Assembly: GCA_963718615.1 (NCBI GenBank)
Contig: OY970368.1
Location: 2,272,001 to 2,336,000, forward strand
DNA length: 64,000 nucleotides
Origin: an uncultured cyanobacterium
GTDB lineage: Bacteria > Cyanobacteriota > Cyanobacteriia > PCC-9006 > JAAUQQ01
Reading direction: 5' to 3'
The position numbers were made by a program, and so were the translations under genes. Shown in pieces: positions 30,731 through 39,278 of the stretch (position 1 is its first letter; each line of letters begins with the position of its first letter). The notes below the pieces were generated by a model. It had not been told where the DNA came from and made no database searches. It was given only the letters and a program-made list of their open reading frames with translations.

Positions 30731-31645
30731 ATGAGCGCTCATCTTAACCCTGAAGCACGCCACGACTTTGTTTTACTGTTTGATATTCAAGATGGGAATC
30801 CTAATGGCGATCCAGATGGTGGCAATCTGCCGAGAACGGATCCAGAAACCATGGAGGGCTTGGTGACTGACGTTTGTCTCAAGCGCAAAATTCGGAATTA
30901 TGTGGATGCGATCGCAGGTGATACCGCCCCCAATTTGATCTACATCCAAAATAAAGGGATTGCCCTCAATGACATGCATACCCGAGCCTACGAAGGCTTA
31001 GGGATTAAGGCAACGGGGACGAAGCAAAAGCGTGAGGACGTTAATCAAGCACGCCAGTGGATGTGTCAAAACTTCTACGATATTCGTATGTTTGGGGCTG
31101 TGATGACTACCGGAGTAAACTGTGGCCAGGTGCGTGGCCCGATTCAATTGACATTTTCTCGCTCCCAAGACCCGATCATGCCTCTCGATGTCGCAATTAC
31201 TAGAATTGCAATTACCAAGCCGGAAGATGCTGCGGTTCAGGTTAGCGAAGAGGGTAAGGGTGAGGGGGGTAAGACGACTGAGATTGGCCGCAAAGCGCTC
31301 ATTCCCTACGGTCTCTATCGGGGTCATGGCTTTTATTCGCCCCATCTAGCAGCACAAACGGGGGTTACCGAGGCGGACTTGCAGCTCTTTTGGGATGCGC
31401 TGATCAACATGTGGGACTTTGATCGCTCCGCCAGTCGGGGACTAATGGCTCCTCGGGGTCTCTATGTGTTTAGCCATGAGTCTAAGCTGGGCAATGCCCC
31501 GGCCCACAAGCTATTTGAGCATTTGCAGATTAAGCTTAAACCAGGTGTCTCAGCCCCCAGACAGTTTAGCGATTATCAGATCACTGACCTTGAGCAAGAA
31601 ACTTGGCCCACCGGAATTAGCCTGACAATCTTGACCCAGGGATAG
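30731..31645 (+). CDS. cas7: Type I-C Cas7/Csd2
   Basis: DGNPNGDPD, PRTD, TDVCLKRKIRNY, FYDIRMFGAV, GQVRGPIQ, YGLY, DRSASRG, GNAPAHKLF. Confidence 0.97.
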   Translation: MSAHLNPEARHDFVLLFDIQDGNPNGDPDGGNLPRTDPETMEGLVTDVCLKRKIRNYVDAIAGDTAPNLIYIQNKGIALNDMHTRAYEGLGIKATGTKQKREDVNQARQWMCQNFYDIRMFGAVMTTGVNCGQVRGPIQLTFSRSQDPIMPLDVAITRIAITKPEDAAVQVSEEGKGEGGKTTEIGRKALIPYGLYRGHGFYSPHLAAQTGVTEADLQLFWDALINMWDFDRSASRGLMAPRGLYVFSHESKLGNAPAHKLFEHLQIKLKPGVSAPRQFSDYQITDLEQETWPTGISLTILTQG

Positions 31646-31692
31646 CGCTGAATGAAGTCTGTTTAATGTCTTGAATATCAACGTGTGAAAGC

Positions 31693-31923
31693 ATGACAAC
31701 ACTCACCCGCATTACTTGGAATCCTGAAATTATGGGGGGTAAGCCCTGTATCCGAGGGTTGCGCGTTACCGTCAGCACGATTCTCGGGCTGTTGGCGGTC
31801 GGTCGCACGACTGACGAAATTCTGAAGGCTTATCCTTACTTGGAACTGGATGATATCCAGGAGTCCTTAGCCTATGCCGCTTGGCGTGTTGATGAAGCAG
31901 AAGTTCCGCTTCAGATGGTATGA
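31693..31923 (+). CDS. DUF433 protein (putative antitoxin)
   Basis: RITWNPEIMGGKPCIRGLRVTV...EILKAYPYLE..DI..YAA. Confidence 0.9.
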   Translation: MTTLTRITWNPEIMGGKPCIRGLRVTVSTILGLLAVGRTTDEILKAYPYLELDDIQESLAYAAWRVDEAEVPLQMV

Positions 31924-32294
31924 AGATTCTGATTGATATGAATCTTCCTCCGAGTTGGGTGGATGCCTTTGCGCTTGAAGGGATAGAGGCGGTGCATTGG
32001 TCTTCGATTGGGGATATCAGGGCGAGCGATCGCACCCTCATGCAATGGGCTAAAGAGAATGGACATATTGTCTTTACTCACGACTTAGACTTTGGGGCAA
32101 TCTTGGCAGCGACCCAGGCGGATTCGCCCAGCGTGTTTCAGGTGAGAACTCAGGATAGTTTTCCTGAGGAAATTGGAGCAATTGTTTTTGCAGCCTTGCG
32201 ACAATTTGAAGCTGAGTTATCCGCTGGGGCATTAGTTACCATTAACCCTCAGCAGGCTAGGGCACGTATTTTACCGATTGGTCGTTCTAAATAA
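31920..32294 (+). CDS. DUF5615 PIN-like protein (putative toxin)
   Basis: MKILIDMNL, HWS, D..LMQWA, VFTHDLDFG, PSV. ATGA overlap with DUF433. Confidence 0.88.
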   Translation: MKILIDMNLPPSWVDAFALEGIEAVHWSSIGDIRASDRTLMQWAKENGHIVFTHDLDFGAILAATQADSPSVFQVRTQDSFPEEIGAIVFAALRQFEAELSAGALVTINPQQARARILPIGRSK

Positions 32295-32593
32295 TGACTT
32301 CTATGGTTGAAGTTGATGATTATCTAATGATTAGTGCCTTACAGCACTATGCCTATTGCCCGCGCCAATGTGCGCTAATTCATGTTGAAAAAACCTGGGA
32401 TGAGAACCTCTACACCATGCGGGGCAACCGCGTTCATGAGGTTGTCAATATCCCAGAGGATGAGCTGATCGATGGGGTGCGGGTGGAGCGGGCCATGCCA
32501 TTGATTGAGTCTTGTTTGCCCTATGCCTTGCAGGGGTTTCCATCATCTACCCGAAAGCATGATCTATTCGCTGTGGCTGATGACCCAGATTAA
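32294..32593 (+). pseudogene. cas4: Cas4 with large in-frame internal deletion
   Basis: N-terminal ISALQHYAYCPRQCALIH..GNRVH..ERAMPL joins directly to C-terminal IESCLP. The nuclease D/E/K motifs and the CxxC pair are missing; only 99 aa. Confidence 0.85.
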
Positions 32594-32596
32594 TCC

Positions 32597-33184
32597 GTGA
32601 AACAAATTCTCAATACGCTCTATGTTCAAACCCAGGGAACTTATCTGCGGTTGGATCATGAAACGTTGAAGTTAGAGTTCGAAAAGGAAGTCAAATTCCA
32701 GGTGCCGCTGCATCATTTGGGTGGCATTGTGACGTTTGGCAATGTGTTGGTCAGTCCATTTTTGCTGCATCGCTGTGGGGAGGATGGGCGATCGCTCGTT
32801 TGGCTGACCCAAAATGGGCGGTTTAAGGCCAGGTTGGCAGGGCCAACCACAGGCAATGTGCTGTTGCGTCGGGCGCAGCATGGGGCGGTTGGGGATATCG
32901 GGGCGGGGCTGGCGATCGCGCGCTGTATGGTGGCGGGCAAGCTGCAAAATACGCGGGCGGTGGTGATGCGAGCGGCGCGAGAAGCCAAGGTGGAAGCAGA
33001 CAGGGCTGCGCTAAGGGCGACGGCGAAGGTGTTGGCGGATGGCATTGGCAATGCCCAAATGGCGGTAGATGTGGACCAATTGAGGGGCATTGAGGGCTTT
33101 GGAGCGCGGGCCTATTTTGGTAGTTTTAGTGCGATGGTGCGTAGCAATCGGGAGGATTTTGCGATGGAGGGGCGATCGAAACGG
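32597..33184 (+). pseudogene. cas1: Cas1 (type I-C), truncated at about codon 196
   Basis: ILNTLYVQTQG, GNVLLRRAQ, GKLQN, LRGIEG, FAMEGRSKR, then out-of-frame read-through into cas2. The RPP..VNA C-terminal catalytic half is absent. Confidence 0.9.
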
Positions 33185-33441
33185 AAACGAAGGCGGGGCG
33201 ACGGCGGTTGCGGCAGGTGGCGACGATTTGCAAGGATTTTGGCCAGCGGGTGCAGATGTCGGTGTTTGAATGTCGGGTGGATGAGATGCAGTATGAGCGG
33301 TTGCAGGCCAGACTGTTGAAGACGATTGATCCGAAGCTGGATAATTTGCGGTTTTATAAGTTGCTGGGGGGGCGGGAAAAGGGGGTTGAGGCGTTTGGGA
33401 TTGATAGGTATGTGGATTTTGATGAGCCGCTGATTTTGTAG
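33178..33441 (+). pseudogene. cas2: Cas2 lacking its N-terminus
   Basis: ETETKAGRRRLRQVATICKDFGQRVQMSVFEC...DNLRFY. No start codon or YD motif upstream in this frame. Confidence 0.9.
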
Positions 33442-33641
33442 GAAGTTTTATGTTTAAGGAATTTGATGGGATCGCGAATGGGGAGTGAGGGATGTTGGGT
33501 CGGGATGTTCGCGATCGCTTGTGATGTGGGGATTTGAATCTTTCTATGTGTGAAATTTATGGGTTGTCAGGACAGGGGGATCGGGGGTCCGCGAAGAGAT
33601 GGCTTAAAAAGCTTGTGCTGTAAGGCTTTACAATGACAGCT
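33442..33641 (+). promoter_or_regulatory. CRISPR leader
   Basis: 200-bp non-coding stretch between cas2 and the first repeat. Contains an inverted pair TCGCGAA...TTCGCGA and a further CCGCGAA, reminiscent of type I-C leader motifs. Confidence 0.75.
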
Positions 33642-35182
33642 GTTGCGATCGCCTTTCGGGGCGATCGAGGATTGGAACAAAAAAGCACAGGTTGGCCTAG
33701 CAAGGCAGAAGGTTGCGATCGCCTTTCGGGGCGATCGAGGATTGGAACCCTAACTTCAAGTCTAAGTCTGATAAGCAGTCGAGTTGCGATCGCCTTTCGG
33801 GGCGATCGAGGATTGGAACCGGTAAAACGTAGGAGCAGATATAAGGCTGGGGCGTTGCGATCGCCTTTCGGGGCGATCGAGGATTGGAACCGAGAATCGT
33901 ACGAATTCGGAGCTATCAGCAGAGGTTGCGATCGCCTTTCGGGGCGATCGAGGATTGGAACCAGTATTTGAGAAGCAGGCGATAATTAAAAGACGTTGCG
34001 ATCGCCTTTCGGGGCGATCGAGGATTGGAACATAGTTTTGATTGACACCAACGACGGCAAGTCTGGTTGCGATCGCCTTTCGGGGCGATCGAGGATTGGA
34101 ACAGTTGCAAAGCAGGTTGCTGGCCAGTGTTTGGCCCAGTTGCGATCGCCTTTCGGGGCGATCGAGGATTGGAACAGGAGTGCGAGGCATGCTGAGGTCT
34201 GGCCTAAGTTGTTGCGATCGCCTTTCGGGGCGATCGAGGATTGGAACTCCCTACAAGCTACCCGCGAGGAAGACTGGCAAAGTTGCGATCGCCTTTCGGG
34301 GCGATCGAGGATTGGAACTTTGAAAGCAGGAGAGATTAATGGTTGCATGCTGGTTGCGATCGCCTTTCGGGGCGATCGAGGATTGGAACACCCAAGGGAT
34401 TGTATTTCTAATAATCTGGGCAAGTTGCGATCGCCTTTCGGGGCGATCGAGGATTGGAACTACAGCAGCGGTTGGATCAACACCAAATCCCCAGTCGTTG
34501 CGATCGCCTTTCGGGGCGATCGAGGATTGGAACCGCCAGGGCACCAGATCAACGATCGCTCAGCACTGTTGCGATCGCCTTTCGGGGCGATCGAGGATTG
34601 GAACAGCTAATCCGCTGGGCAGCCCATGGCTTGCTCAAGTTGCGATCGCCTTTCGGGGCGATCGAGGATTGGAACGGATCGTAAAAAACCTGGGCCTAAC
34701 GCCCTATGGTATCTCCCAGGTTGCGATCGCCTTTCGGGGCGATCGAGGATTGGAACTCCCCAGCGGCGCGAACGTGGGAAATGTCGTAAGGTTGCGATCG
34801 CCTTTCGGGGCGATCGAGGATTGGAACGCTCAAGGGTAAACCCATTGGCGGCATGAGATCGGTTGCGATCGCCTTTCGGGGCGATCGAGGATTGGAACCT
34901 CTCAGATCTACAGGATGCGGCGATCGCCAAGTTGCGATCGCCTTTCGGGGCGATCGAGGATTGGAACCCGATGACCCTAATCGTCGGCGAGCAATTAATG
35001 TAGGTTGCGATCGCCTTTCGGGGCGATCGAGGATTGGAACGTTCGTAATGAAACCTTTTGGGCCGTATGCATATAGTTGCGATCGCCTTTCGGGGCGATC
35101 GAGGATTGGAACAACACCTTGGCACATCTTGGGAATAGCTCAGGCGTTGCGATCGCCTTTCGGGGCGATCGAGGATTGGAAC
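33642..35182 (+). CRISPR. CRISPR array: 22 repeats (37 bp, GTTGCGATCGCCTTTCGGGGCGATCGAGGATTGGAAC) and 21 spacers
   Basis: Counted by hand; all repeats identical. Spacers are 32-36 bp except one of 44 bp. Confidence 0.99.
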
Positions 35183-35190
35183 TCTGCATA

Positions 35191-38100
35191 TTAGACCGCG
35201 ATCGCCAACTGTGAGCCCTTTTCTGTTTTTGTAATCTCAATGCGAGCTTGAAACGCTTCTTTGAATTGAGGCATATGGGTAATGGTTAAAATACAGGCAA
35301 AATCTGCCGCGATCGCATTAATAGCAGCAATGAGGCGATCGCACCCCTCCGTATCCTGGGTCCCAAACCCCTCATCCACAATCAATAACTGCAACGCCGT
35401 GCCTGATCGCTGGGCCAACAGTCGCGCCAACGCTAGCCGAATGGAAAAGTTAACCCGGAACGCTTCTCCGCCTGAATAGGTTTCATAGGGTCGGGTTCCC
35501 TTGGCGTCGGCAATGCGAATATCCAGGGTATCAATCAATTTTTCGCCAGATTTAGAGCTTGATTTCTGGCCTCGACGTTGGGCTTTCTGCGTGACAAATT
35601 GGACATGGAGTTGATTGGCGCTGAGCCTTGCCAAAATTTGATTGGCTTCCCGTTCGAGTTGAGGTAAAACATTTTCAATCATCAGCGCCTGGATGCCATT
35701 TTTACCAAAGGCTTGGGCCAATTCTTGTTGAATTTGCTGTTGATATTGACAGGTTTCGTACTGCTGTTGCTGGTCTTGAAACTGGACCGTGAGGGCTTCA
35801 AATTGCTGTTGCTGTTGTTGCAGTCGTCCCTGTTCGGCGATCGCCCGGTCTAACCGTTGACGCCGCTGCTGAATTTGGCTGTCAAGCTGGGCAATGGCCT
35901 CCCTCAAATCGGCGCTGCTCTCTAAGGCTTGGGTTGTTTGAGTGATCTGTTGGGCAATGCCGTTTAAGCTAGTTTGTGTCGTTGCTTGCTGCTGGAGGAC
36001 CAGGGCTATGCGTTCTTGCAGTAAGGGCAACTGTTGTTGGGCCTGAAGGAGTTCTTGGTAGCGGAGCTGCCAGGGTTGAGCTTCGCGCAGGGCTTGGCGG
36101 AGCTGATTGTGGGCCGTTGGGCTATAGTCCAGCGCAGTCAGTTGGGTTTGTAATTGTTGAAGCTGTTGCTGCAACTCTCCCTGTTCAAGCTGGGCCAATT
36201 GCTCTTCCAGGCTGCATCGCTGGGCTTCCCATTCAGGGCGCTGGGCTTGGAGTTGGGTCCAGCGGGTTTGAATGTGTCGCAATTCTACGTGCTTTAGCTT
36301 AGCCCAGCGCCAGCGTTCCACTTCTCCCTTGGCGAGGGCATGGTCGCGTTCGTCGTAGCCCAAATCTGCCAGGGCTTGGCTGAGCTGCTGATATTCTGTT
36401 TGCAAATCGGGTTCGTAGGTTTGGCCTTGGAGCTGGGCCGATAGCTGCTCGATCTCCTGGGTCAGGGTTTCGAGTTGATGGAGCAATTCTTGACTGGCAT
36501 TGAGTTGCTGTTTTAATTGACCTAGTCGCTGCAAAAAGCCATTGTAGGTTTTAATATCGCGCTCGATGGCACGGTATTCCTGGCGCAGGATCGCGATTTC
36601 TTTCTTGGATGTGGCAATTTGTTCAGTGACGACCCAAATGCGCTCGTTGAGGGTTTGGCGATCGCCCTCATACTGCTCCTGGGCAAAACGCCGATGGTCT
36701 TCATCGAGGGGATGATTGCAGAGGGGACAAGGGGTTTGAGGATCCTCTAGGGTGACCTCCTTGCGATTGAGCTCAGCCAACAGAGCTTCATCATCGATTA
36801 AATGTGCTTGTAAGCGTTCCAAAAAGCCCCGCCGTTCTAATCCTTTATCGCGAATTTGGGTTTGAAGTTGTTGCCGTTGTTCGAGGTATTCGACCTGCCT
36901 GCGTGTGGCTTCGTATTCTGCGTGAACTTGGGGCAGCCAAGTCTGCTTTTCATGGAAGGTTTGGTGCTGTTGCTGCAAGGTTTCAAGACGGGTTTGTAAC
37001 CGCATTTGGGCAGATTGCAGCTCGTGGGCTACGAGGGTATGCCGTTGGAGCAAGGGCGCGGCTTCGGCTTGGCGCTGGTCGAGGGTTTGCAGATGGGATC
37101 GGGCGGTTTGATAGGTTGCAAAGGCAGCTTCAATGCTGGGTGCTTTGTCAAGCAACTGTTGCAAGCTGGCTTCATCGGTTTCTAGGGCTGTGAGCTGCTG
37201 TTGCACCTGGGCCAATTGGCGGATTAGATCGCCCTGCTGTTGATCTAGGGTGATTTGTAGGGTTTGCTGTTGCTCCTGCAAGGCTCGGTATTGTTCAGCC
37301 GCTTGGGCTAAGCCCTCGTCGCGGGTTTGGAGGCTTAGCCACTGCTGATAGCCCTGCTGAATAGCTGCGGCCTCGGCCATGCGAGCGGCTAAATCGATTT
37401 GCTGTCCGTTGAGGGTTTGGGCTTCTTGAGTTAGGCGTTCTTGATCTTGCAGAAGGCGATCGCGCTGTTGCCTTTGGAACTGAAGCTCCTGTTCCCAGCC
37501 GAGGCGCTGCTGTTGTTGGGTTTGGTATTGGTCGAGACGTTGGCGATCGCGCTCCTGTTCGGCTTGCAGCGCTGCTAAGCTAGCCAGGAGTACCTGATGC
37601 TCGGTTTGAATAGCCTGCTGTTGCTGAAGTTGTGGAGCCAAGCGATCGAGATTTTGTTTGAGTAAATTGGCCTGGATGCGATAGTCCCGCGCTTGGGTCT
37701 TGGCTTTTTCGGCGAGGCGATCGTATTGGTCCAGCTTGAGTAAATCAGCGAGGACTTGTTTGCGATCGCTCGGGCGCTTAAGCATAAATTCATCGGCTCG
37801 GCCCTGACGCAAATAGGCGGAATTGACGAAGGTTTCGTAATCCAGTTTGAGGGTTGCGGTGATCAGATCCTGGGTGGCGCGCACGCCTTTGGCCGTGAGG
37901 CTGCGAAATTGCAGGCTTTGGAGGTCCTCCGGGGTTGTATGGGAAGAAGCTTGAGTCCCTGGAGCTTGAGTCCCTGGAGCTTGAGTCCCTTGAGCTTGAG
38001 CAACTTGAAACTCTAAAACCGTCGTTTGCTGACGATGGCGCGATCGCAGTACCCGATAAATTTGCTGCTGGTTTTTGAAAATGAAATCAACCCTTGCTTC

Positions 38101-38298
38101 CGCTGCGCCCTGGTGAATCACATCATCTTCTAGGGCCGCTCGACTTTCTCCCCAAAGGACCCAGGTGATGGCTTCCAAGAGAGAGGATTTACCGGCCCCA
38201 TTGGGTCCACAAATACAGGCGGTGTGCAGTCCTTGAAACGCTAAGACTGCGGTTTGATAGCTCAGAAAATTGTGAAGACTCAGCCGATAGGGAATCAC
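35191..38298 (-). CDS. sbcC: SbcC/Rad50 SMC-family ATPase
   Basis: Walker A GPNGAGKSS, LRQG, long coiled coil, CPLC zinc hook, YSGGE, VDEGFGTQD, ITH. Confidence 0.93.
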   Translation of the reverse strand: MIPYRLSLHNFLSYQTAVLAFQGLHTACICGPNGAGKSSLLEAITWVLWGESRAALEDDVIHQGAAEARVDFIFKNQQQIYRVLRSRHRQQTTVLEFQVAQAQGTQAPGTQAPGTQASSHTTPEDLQSLQFRSLTAKGVRATQDLITATLKLDYETFVNSAYLRQGRADEFMLKRPSDRKQVLADLLKLDQYDRLAEKAKTQARDYRIQANLLKQNLDRLAPQLQQQQAIQTEHQVLLASLAALQAEQERDRQRLDQYQTQQQQRLGWEQELQFQRQQRDRLLQDQERLTQEAQTLNGQQIDLAARMAEAAAIQQGYQQWLSLQTRDEGLAQAAEQYRALQEQQQTLQITLDQQQGDLIRQLAQVQQQLTALETDEASLQQLLDKAPSIEAAFATYQTARSHLQTLDQRQAEAAPLLQRHTLVAHELQSAQMRLQTRLETLQQQHQTFHEKQTWLPQVHAEYEATRRQVEYLEQRQQLQTQIRDKGLERRGFLERLQAHLIDDEALLAELNRKEVTLEDPQTPCPLCNHPLDEDHRRFAQEQYEGDRQTLNERIWVVTEQIATSKKEIAILRQEYRAIERDIKTYNGFLQRLGQLKQQLNASQELLHQLETLTQEIEQLSAQLQGQTYEPDLQTEYQQLSQALADLGYDERDHALAKGEVERWRWAKLKHVELRHIQTRWTQLQAQRPEWEAQRCSLEEQLAQLEQGELQQQLQQLQTQLTALDYSPTAHNQLRQALREAQPWQLRYQELLQAQQQLPLLQERIALVLQQQATTQTSLNGIAQQITQTTQALESSADLREAIAQLDSQIQQRRQRLDRAIAEQGRLQQQQQQFEALTVQFQDQQQQYETCQYQQQIQQELAQAFGKNGIQALMIENVLPQLEREANQILARLSANQLHVQFVTQKAQRRGQKSSSKSGEKLIDTLDIRIADAKGTRPYETYSGGEAFRVNFSIRLALARLLAQRSGTALQLLIVDEGFGTQDTEGCDRLIAAINAIAADFACILTITHMPQFKEAFQARIEITKTEKGSQLAIAV

Positions 38299-38333
38299 AA
38301 ACGCTGTACCTGTCCTAGCGAAATGCGAAAACT

Positions 38334-38347
38334 AGTACAATTTTACC
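38334..38347. promoter_or_regulatory. Possible cyanobacterial LexA box upstream of sbcC
   Basis: AGTAC-AAT-TTTACC, one mismatch to RGTAC-N3-DGTWCB, 35 bp upstream of the sbcC start. Confidence 0.35.
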
Positions 38348-38379
38348 GGCTGAGCTTCAGTTTTGCCTAGGGCTTACAC

Positions 38380-38595
38380 TCAGGTAATCACGACGATTTC
38401 CTTGAGAACTTTGTTGTCTTTGACGATCCCCAGATTTTTACCGTCTCGACTTTCTTCCTGCACCAAGCTGTAAAGCTTCAATCCGGTCCTAAGAATATCG
38501 GCCATATTTTTGCCCGAGGCTTCAGCCAAACGCTGAAGTTCTTCGTAGGCATCTGGTGTTAAATCCAGATTGAGTCGTTTTTTATGCTGAACCAT
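38380..38595 (-). CDS. Ribbon-helix-helix (CopG-like) DNA-binding protein
   Basis: KRLNLDL strand followed by helices YEELQRLA and MADILRTGLKLY. Confidence 0.75.
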   Translation of the reverse strand: MVQHKKRLNLDLTPDAYEELQRLAEASGKNMADILRTGLKLYSLVQEESRDGKNLGIVKDNKVLKEIVVIT

Positions 38596-38703
38596 AGTTC
38601 TCCCCACCCAACGATTTCACAAAATAAACTCGACCCCCATCCCGAAGGAAAATGGGTTGAGCTTTTACCACACCGAGACTCTGTTGCAGAGACTTAGGTG
38701 AGC

Positions 38704-38732
38704 AGTGTATCAACCGTCAGAAAAAGGATCAA
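38704..38732 (-). promoter_or_regulatory. Sigma70-type promoter for the RHH gene
   Basis: TTGATC-17 bp-TACACT on the minus strand. Confidence 0.55.
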
Positions 38733-38764
38733 TCTTTTTTGAGGATTATTTACCCATCTCAGGT

Positions 38765-38992
38765 TTAGAGTGCGTCCCAGATGCTGCCAATCAGTAGGCT
38801 AATACAGGCGATCGCTCCCATCCCCAACATCCATTCAATCAAGTGGTTCAGCCAAAGCCGCAGATCCCAGCCCAATTGCAAAAAGGGCAACAGGAAAAAC
38901 AGAAGAATGGCGATCGGGGCGAGAAACAGCAGTGTTTTGAAGAGCAGTCCAGCCAGGCGAAGCGCGAGGTTGTACTGAGAATGAGGCACCAT
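38765..38992 (-). CDS. Small two-TM membrane protein
   Basis: 75 aa with two hydrophobic segments. Confidence 0.5.
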   Translation of the reverse strand: MVPHSQYNLALRLAGLLFKTLLFLAPIAILLFFLLPFLQLGWDLRLWLNHLIEWMLGMGAIACISLLIGSIWDAL

Positions 38993-39278
38993 GGTCGAGT
39001 CTCCATCATCAGAGGCTATCGAGGTCGAACCTGAAGTTGAACCTGAAGTTAAACTTCGGGTCGAACCTGAATGGGATCAGGCGAAAAGCCTGTGGATATC
39101 TGATTTTCAGCGGTGTCAAGGAAAATTATGCAAGATGCCAGGAAGGGGCGGGGTAGAAAAGCTGGGCTGTAAGGTTCGCCATTCGGATCAATGAAAGGCT
39201 GAAAATCTATCCACCCTAAGCATAAAAGATACGCAAAAAATCATCAATTCTTGCATCAGATGCAGTGACCCGGTGCCG

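Noticed and set aside
33185-33319. Cys/Arg-rich C-terminal tail of the 240-aa Cas1 ORF as a novel domain
   Set aside because: It is cas2 sequence read out of frame after the deletion.
32820-33440. Strong G/T strand skew in cas1-cas2, the TPR 3' half and the nuclease 3' end
   Set aside because: Similar patches occur on both strands in ordinary genes, and I could not define a consistent rule without computation.
33633-35240. Many overlapping ORFs with repeated LRSPFGAIEDWN / VAIAFRGDRGLE peptides
   Set aside because: They are translations of the CRISPR repeats, not genes.
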